NCBI RefSeq assembly: GCF_009914755.1
Contig: NC_060939.1
DNA: 64,000 bases
Strand: one strand, 5' to 3'
From: the human T2T-CHM13v2.0 reference genome, Homo sapiens
A program made the position numbers and the translations under genes. The notes beneath the pieces are model-generated. The model was not told the origin of the DNA and did no database searches. It was given only the letters and a program-made list of their open reading frames with translations. Of this stretch, positions 55,581-64,000 are shown piece by piece; position 1 is the stretch's first letter; every line of letters begins with the position of its first letter.

Positions 55581-55594
55581 ATATGTGTCTGCCT

Positions 55595-55760
55595 TGTTTC
55601 ATTATGTAATGGTACAGCGAGTTTGGAGGCATACAAAAACAGACAGACACCAATCTTGCCTTCAAGGCGTTTACAATTTAGCAGGGGAGATAACACATGT
55701 ATATAAAAAACTTACTAGACAAAGTAAACAGCAGTATGCTCTATAAGACAGGTATGGATT
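55595..55760 (-). mobile_element. L2 fragment
   Basis: tcttgccttcaaggcgtttacaatttagcaggggagat. Confidence 0.6.
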
Positions 55761-57349
55761 AAAAAGGAATCTTTAAGTCATTGAACCCTGAGATTCTTTT
55801 TTTTTCATTTTTTAAAACAATAGTAATCAAACTTGTGAAATAGTGAACTTCCTCCATTTTGCAAGATTCCTCGAAACCAAGTACTTGGAATATAACTTAG
55901 TTAAGGATTGCACAACACACACCATTTGAGTATCTGATTTGGAAAACTAAGCCACAGAGCCAGACCACACAATGCACACTGGTTGGAATCTGCTGGGCAG
56001 GTATCTCCCCGTCTGTCCAGGCAAGCCAAATCAAATAAGGCCCTGAGTTAAAAAGGAAGGAAAAGTAACAGATAAATCTGTTGACCACCACTCTAGGAGG
56101 CCAAGGCCTCTTTCCTCCCCATTAGTGGTGGCTTGCTCTAAGATAAAAATACCACACTTAAGCTGTGATAGAGGAAAGCCCGTGGTTTGGGACCCAACTA
56201 CAAAGTAACAGCAAAAGAGAGATTATTACTCCCTAGTGACTCTCTTTTTGGTATAATTAGAAGAATAGAAAGACCACTGAAGAGTGGGATTTGTGAGAAA
56301 TATGGGTCATGTGTCTGCAGCACTAGTTGCTTGCAGAATTGGCTATGTGGGTTGGCACACAGCACCGTGAATATTAGAAACCACAAATCTCCAGGGTTTC
56401 TTGAACAAAGTAAAAGGCCTTGTCTTCAGATTGCCAGGTTGGAGGCTGGCTTGTGGAAGAAGCCCCTGGGTGAGCTCCAAAGCTACCTACGCATTTCTGC
56501 CTTCTCCGTCTCTTTCTTCTCCTCCTCCTCTCCCTCTCCCCATCCCTCTCCTCTTATTTTGGATATTGCATCTTGGTGGGTCTAACTGTAGCTTTGCTTA
56601 TGCCAATACCCCCCTGCCCCACCCCCTGGGGAAGCAGGCCCTCTCCATGACAACTGCCGACGCAGAATCCACAGAGCTCTGGACAATGGGACAAACCATA
56701 TTTCTATGAACAAAGCCAAGGTAAGTGGATTCCTTTGCCCCTGGAGGACTAAAGGAGTTACTCCCCAGTCAGATTATGCTGTAATTGAGGGTCCAGAAAA
56801 GGAATGAACTTCCCTGTGTAGACAACAGAGCCAGTTCTTAAAAAGCTATGCCAGCGTGCAGACCCTTTAGAATCTCCTCCTTGGGAGCCTGAAATGGAAA
56901 CAAAGTACTTCCCTGTGTTCACCTGTCCAATCGTTGACTCCTCTGCAGAATTATTCTCTTGGGTTGTAAGTAAGCTAAGTCTTCTATAAGGCATACTTCA
57001 AGAAAAAAAGGAAAACATAAAATGAGTTTATAAAATCCTAAGGATTAACTATACCTTGGACACAGATAAATTGCCACGTTTATCACTGCACTTCCCTTTA
57101 TCTCCTCCTGAGATGCTCTCTCGGTTCCTCCTTCACTGCTCTTCAGGTTCTGGAATATTTCTTAGCCAACACTTCATCCACGGTGACTTCCAGGACCCCC
57201 AGTGAGGGGTGGGGATTCCTATGTTGTCTCTTTTCTTGGCCTCTCCATCCAAAATATTTAGATGGTGCATTCGTGGCCTTTCTCTCTCTCTACCACTGCC
57301 TCCTCCAAAAAAAGGAAAAGCGGGGAGTGGCGGGTGGAAGGAGATTACA

Positions 57350-57707
<358 letters not shown>

Positions 57708-59039
57708 TAAATAAAATCTGCATTTCTTAGGAATCTGATGGACAAGAGAATCCAGAATCTCTGCAATGGGCAGAAGAGAGGACCAGACTTCATGGTTGAT
57801 CTCCCCACAGACCATACCAACAGGGCAAAGCCCTTCTGTATGTATTTCTGTTTTCACATGTATCTGCACAACCACGTGTTTAGAAATCAGAGGGTTGCTA
57901 TTTGTAAAACTCTTGAAAACCTCTCTTTTAAATTGTAAAAATTATTTAATAAATGCCAACCCAATCTACTTTATCTCAGTGAGCTGCTATTAAGTGCAAA
58001 GAAGATAACATGTTACAGGTAAGTCTGTGCTTAAAGAGCTTTGGCCACAAAGACTAAACAGGGTCCGTTCTCCCATGTGAAGGAAAATGTTTCTATTTCA
58101 ATTGTGATGTTTGGAATTTCACCTTAAAGTAGAAAAAAGGCACTGTTTCTGTAGTGCCTTTTGGAAAGGCACTGTAGAAGTGGCTGATGGTCCTTGTGGA
58201 ATCAGCTGGCCAAGTGTTTCCTCCTTTCTACCTAGACTGTCATTGGAGTATATTGACCCATCCCTGACAGAAAGTCTGTGTAAGCCCGAGGAGGAGGAAC
58301 ATGCCGCAAACCTGCTGCAGAGCATTAACAAGAACAGAATTAAAAAGGATCACTTCTGGGACTCATCACACAACTTGGAAATCATGTTCAATAAAAGAAA
58401 AGATAATTTGGGGCCACACTACCTGAAATGAACATCTGACACTCAGTCACTGGTCTGGATTTAGAAAACTGCTTTGATCCCCGGAGGGAAGATTGTTAAT
58501 GAGTATTTTAAAGGACAAGATTGGCGAAGCATGATAGAGTGGAAAAGGGTACTGATTTTGAAGGGTCCCAGTCTTGCTTCCACTTCTGTAAGCAAGTAGA
58601 ACTGACTTTGAACAAGACACATTACACTGCCCTGAGAAAACGTCCTCATCTCTAACATGGGAGGTGAAGTTAACCCTCTAGTCCATCCAACAATCAAATC
58701 TAGGCCTTAATGACTATGAAAACATGGGAAAAAATTTAAAACAAGAGCAGGTAATGCTTGCACCTTTTCGCTACCTGAAAGGAAGGTCAGACAACCTTAG
58801 TATAAAAGGTAACTTTTCTTACTTGCATGCTAACAATCAATGCATAATTTACATAGCAATGCATACACTTTATATAGTTCAAGAGATCATCGTTGACTGC
58901 CTGAACTTGATATGCTTCATCCTTGTCATGTCCTCCTCACTAAATACTAACTACCCAAAGTGATCAAACCCCAAATGTAAAAATAATCATCTGATAAATC
59001 ACAGACAACAAGGAGGTGAAAAAAAGAACTCAGTCAAAC

Positions 59040-59398
59040 ATTTTTGAGTTCATAAAAAAATTGAATAGCATAATCTACCACTATGTTCCCATCCCCCTGC
59101 TAAAACAATATTTTATCACTCTGGCTTTATTTATTCCCAGTCCTCCCCAACATACTTATTTTCTGGAGCATTTTAAAGTAAATCTTGGATATCTTGTCAT
59201 TTCATCCACAACTACTTCAGTCTTCATCTCAACTAATAAGGATTTTTTAAAAACCACTACCACGACAGTATTATGCCTGACAATATTAAAAAATTATTTA
59301 CTATCATCTAAAGAACCAATCAATATTCAAATTTCATCAATCATCTAAAAATTTTTTTTTCTTTCAGTTTTTGGCTTGAATTAGCATCTAAACAAGCT
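59040..59398 (-). mobile_element. L1MC4/5-like fragment
   Basis: ttctggagcattttaaagtaaatc..gtcatttcatcc..tacttcagt, atattcaaatttc. Confidence 0.7.
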
Positions 59399-62095
59399 AA
59401 GAGGTGAAACTGATTTCACCCAATTCACAATCCTTTGTCTTTTAAATATTTCTTTTAGACGCTGACATTACTTAGACACAATGTATCTGGAACACAGATA
59501 ATGTGAAGGTCAGCTTCATCGCAATATTATTTGAAATGTCTTATTCTATGAATCAGATATAAATGTAGTTAAAGGCTCAGAACTGGAAAAATCTCAAGTA
59601 ATTCTCAGTTTTCCCAAATGCATAAATGATTTAGGCAACCTTAATGGAATGCTTTAAAGATATTTTGCTAAATCTTACACCATTCCTAGGAAGAATACCT
59701 CTGACAGACTTTAGCAGCTTTTATTTTGCCCATATAAAAGCTGGATTTCTTAGACCGTGGAGCAGCCTAACAGCACAGATAGTATTTTCAGTTGTAGTTT
59801 CACCTGCACCTTAAAAAGAAATCTACCTGCATATGCTGGCAACGAGGACATCTTTGAAAACAGAGCTAAGAGCCTCAAACTGTCAACTCCGACTTTTGGG
59901 AAGAAGGGAGGTGAACAGTTTCTCCATTCAGCTTCCATGAGGCCTCTCTGGTAACACACAGGCACTGCTGTGACTCATAACCAGAAATACTGTTTTATAA
60001 CACCAGTCTGTGTTTTGTAACACACACTGAAAGAAAAAAAAAACTATTTAGAAACCAAAACCAAGCCCTACATCTGGGCATTGGTATCAAGATCTCAAGA
60101 TGTCAGAGTGGCTATTTAATTCAGATAAAGTAGGCAAGTCCTTATCCCTTTCCTTGGCAAGAAAGTGGAGGCTTCCTGCCTGCTGCACATGCCCACAGGA
60201 GGAGCAACCATGAATTTAATTTTCTTAAAACAGAAGCATTTTCAGACTTGTGTTTTCCTGGACAGCTGCCTAGTGGCTGTAATCCATAATAAGGGCGTGT
60301 AATTGACAGTAATGTGAATCACTCACTGAAATTCTGGCAAAAAAAAAAAATAGAGGAGTTATTTTTTTTTTTTTTCAGGAAAAAATTAAAGAGCAGATTC
60401 ATCCTGTCCATTGAAAATAGCAATTACTTTACATTTCAGCTCATTAGCTACCTTTATATAAAAAAATCACTGTAATTTGTACTAACTATCAGCAAGTGTT
60501 GTAAAGAAGTGGTGCAGTTGCACAAGGCATGCAATCGGATGTGCTGGGCCAGGCACAATCTGTAAAATGGCAAATGTAGATGAGTTACTTGATATAGCAT
60601 ACATGGGATTCCTGGCCCAAGAGTGAGTTACAGGACACTGTCCTAACAGTGATTTTGCCACTTAAAAAGCTGCTATCTGCCTGGGACCTTGTAATTATTA
60701 TGGTAATACCCAGGGCAGACTGATCAAGCTGCCATTGATGTCTATGGGCAGTTTCAGAATTCCTTTCACTCAGACACAGGGATCTCCAAAAGAATGGTTG
60801 GGGATTTTCCCAGGTAGAAGCTGTTGGAACCATGGAAACTTTGAGACCAGGTAAAGGGTTTCTCCCATCTATTAATTCTCTTTGAATAAGGGGAAGAATA
60901 ATCTCAATTAACTTCACTATCAACCTGAAAGGGCCCCCTCTTTTCCAAGGCAGAGGCACGGGAACTAAACACTGGAAAGCTACGGAAGATTTAATTCCAT
61001 TTAGATAAACCCTGACTCCATCAGAACCCGAGAGGTTCAGATATTTTTCTGAAACTTCAGCACCTGTGAAACTAGCAGCCCTTGTCCAGAACTACCTGGT
61101 ATCTCAAGCTTCTGGTCCCAGAGGGAACAGGGGTATTTTGACTTGTGAAAATCCCACGAATGCATGGAGAAAAACTTGGGACTTTAGAATGCTGAGGTCT
61201 GTGTTAGGAAGATGTATATTGAACCAAAGAGTGGAAACACTTAACCTCTTTTTCTCAGTCAACCACACTCTATGAAGAAGGCTTGGATTTATTTTCTCCT
61301 ATTGGGATCTCCCATTCTTAGAAGAAAAATGGAAGTCAGATTTCATTAAAATAGAGGTAATGTTGGGATTTTGATGAATGAAACTAAAATTCATTTTGTG
61401 CTTTATCATTAATTATTTCTGAGAAGCTTTTTCTCATATGACAACAGTTGGGGGATGGTATTATTAGCTTATGATGGTTCCCATCTTTGATAGCCACCAC
61501 TAATCTCCTACTTAATTCTGGCTTAATTTGCAAGTAGTTGCTAACAGGCAAAATGAGGGTGGAGTCTCATAAACCACTAAAAAGAGAGACTTGCTATGCA
61601 TATAAATAGGCCCTGCAAAAATATTTCAGATACTGTATCTCAATTATTAGACAGTAGCAAACTGTCAAAATCTAAAAAGTAACATGGAATATGTATAACT
61701 AGTTCTTTGCAGGCATTCTTTTTGTTCCTATATGAATACATTTTATGTGAGCCCAAATGGTTGGAAATGTATTATTCATTTTTATAATTGAGAAAAATGT
61801 GTTAACGCTCTGGAATGTCCATGTGTGGAAAAATAAAACGTTATATGGAATTGCACACACATATGATTTATAATGCATGCTTCCAGGACCAGAAATCCTA
61901 ACGAAGAACCTTATTCAACAGAAAAAAACATTTTTTTTTTCTTCAGTATGTGCAATTCTGGTATACTGTAATGCTGAGGCCAAGCATATATTTTATTAGT
62001 TTAAATCCTAGCTAAGCAATAAAATATGTGTCATTTTAAATAAAAGAAAACATGTTTTTCACAAAAGCTAGATTTCTTGTCCATTTTTGTCCCCC

Positions 62096-62531
62096 TGTAG
62101 TGGATGCTGTGGTGTGCTGCATAGGTCCCTCCCTTTAGGATGGAGGCCCTCATTCCCCTGGGGCCCTGAGTGTTGACTGCCAGTGGCTCATAGCTGAATT
62201 GCTTCCTGAGATTTGTCCTTAGCTAAAGTGGAGCTGCCTTGCCCAAGGTTATGCCCTTAGGTGCAGCTGGCACCCAATGGCTGCCTGATGCAGAGTAAAA
62301 GATGCAGCCCCCTTGCTTCAATTTGGTACATCACTGAAGGGCCACCCCCACTCTGATCTCCCTGTGGCATCTGCTGAAGCCTATATTGCAACTGTTCAAG
62401 TTTTCCTTCTGCCCAGTCCAGCTTCCCTCACTCTCTATAGGCATTGTCCCTATAAGCACACTCCCATAAACTTTCTGTATGACAATTTCAGAATCTGAGC
62501 ATCTATTCTCTGGGGAATTCAATCTAAGATA
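62096..62531 (+). mobile_element. LTR16C-like solo LTR (ERVL)
   Basis: Starts tgtagtggatgctgtggtg; gagctgccttgcccaaggtt; ends ctggggaattcaatctaagata. Confidence 0.85.
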
Positions 62532-62734
62532 CCTTCGTTTATTTAAGGATACTTTAGTGGAGTGATTAGCTGGGCGTAATGATGAATTTTAGATCAGAAT
62601 ATGGTAGAACTTCACTTTCTTCAATGTGAGATAGACCCAACTTAGCCTTTATGCCAAGAGGGTTAGTTCCAGAAGTTTTTAAAAAACTCTAGCATTGCAA
62701 GGTGAGCTAAATTAATGGTAATGGTACAAAATGA

Positions 62735-63035
<301 letters not shown>

Positions 63036-64000
63036 ACAATATGAGAAATTTTATAATGAGGCTTTGCTATTGAAAATAATAGAAGAATCATGTACGATAT
63101 GTAGATGATTGGTCACACACAGAATGTGAGAAGTTGGCTCTTCTACATTTCAGTGGCATAATTAACCCAACTCTCCAGAATTCTTGTAAGTAAGACTCTG
63201 GGATAGAACGAGGAAGAACTCACTGACCACTAAAGAGTAGGTAAAGCACTAGGAAAATCTGTGAGAATGAGTCCCATATTGGTCATTTTGTTCATTAGAA
63301 ATCTAACCTAAGAGAAACGTATCAACAGAATCTCAGGTGAAGCAATTTAGGGCAATAAAAACATATTCTCCTAAATGATACTGTCCCTGAGTGGCTCCCC
63401 TAGTGAAAATGAGAACATCTTCCTGTCTCTCAAATCACCCCAATTATACACAGGATTAGGTAACTTCCACAAATCAGGCCATGGAAAGTTCTTTGATTTA
63501 GAGATACCAGGCAGGACTCTTTTTTGAGGGGTGTGGGAGCAGGAGGAGAGGAGGATGGTGGTGAGGATGTGTGTGTGATAGTAACAGTTTTTCCTTTTCC
63601 AACATCAAAAACCATAGGCCTTCTAGGACAGCTTCTACTTTGATTGCACTTGGCTGTGTGAAAGAGCAGCACAAAATGAAGATAGCTCCTCTCACTGTGC
63701 TATTAAAGACTCCCATCTGAGAAAGAAAATGGGTGAAGGAGGCTATAAGAGATGGCCTTTCTATCAAAAAATCAACTTCAGAAGCCTAAAAGATCTTCTT
63801 CCTTCATCCTGTTCTCATTTAGCTTGCTAATAGACGCCTCATGAGAAAAGAATTATTGTGAAGCTGAGAAAGTAAGATTTAAATTTCCTAAGAAGAGATG
63901 GACTTTACGTTACAGGCAAGGGACATTTTTTTCTCTTTTTACAATAATTCCAAAGTGCTTTTTGACCTTGGAAGAAGAAAATCAGTGTTAAGATAGAATT

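Noticed and set aside
58010-58024. CAG|GTAAGT as a recursive splice site
   Set aside because: No upstream polypyrimidine tract.

Overview
Primate (human-like) non-coding genomic DNA, intergenic or deep intronic; I cannot place the locus. It is AT-rich and CpG-poor, with no CpG island. I recognise no protein-coding exon, RNA gene, processed pseudogene, CRISPR array or prokaryotic feature. The supplied ORF track is noise from Alu, L1, L2 and microsatellite sequence. The window is a mosaic of transposon fossils: 17 Alu copies or fragments (J, S, one Y; many with readable target-site duplications, TSDs), many MIR and L2 remnants, old L1M 3' ends, two L3/CR1 pieces, solo LTRs (MLT1D, LTR16C), DNA-transposon relics (MER82, MER53, partial MADE1) and microsatellites. 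Family calls come from recalled consensus sequences, so boundaries of old elements are approximate. I found no demonstrable new biological system. The best lead is an untested small + strand gene model at 34.1-34.6 kb: an exon-like segment, a 176-nt intron, a GCCGCCACCATG start of a 24-aa ORF (41 aa if spliced) and AATAAA. The other leads are candidate regulatory elements, candidate exons and unusual retrotransposition or template-switch scars.
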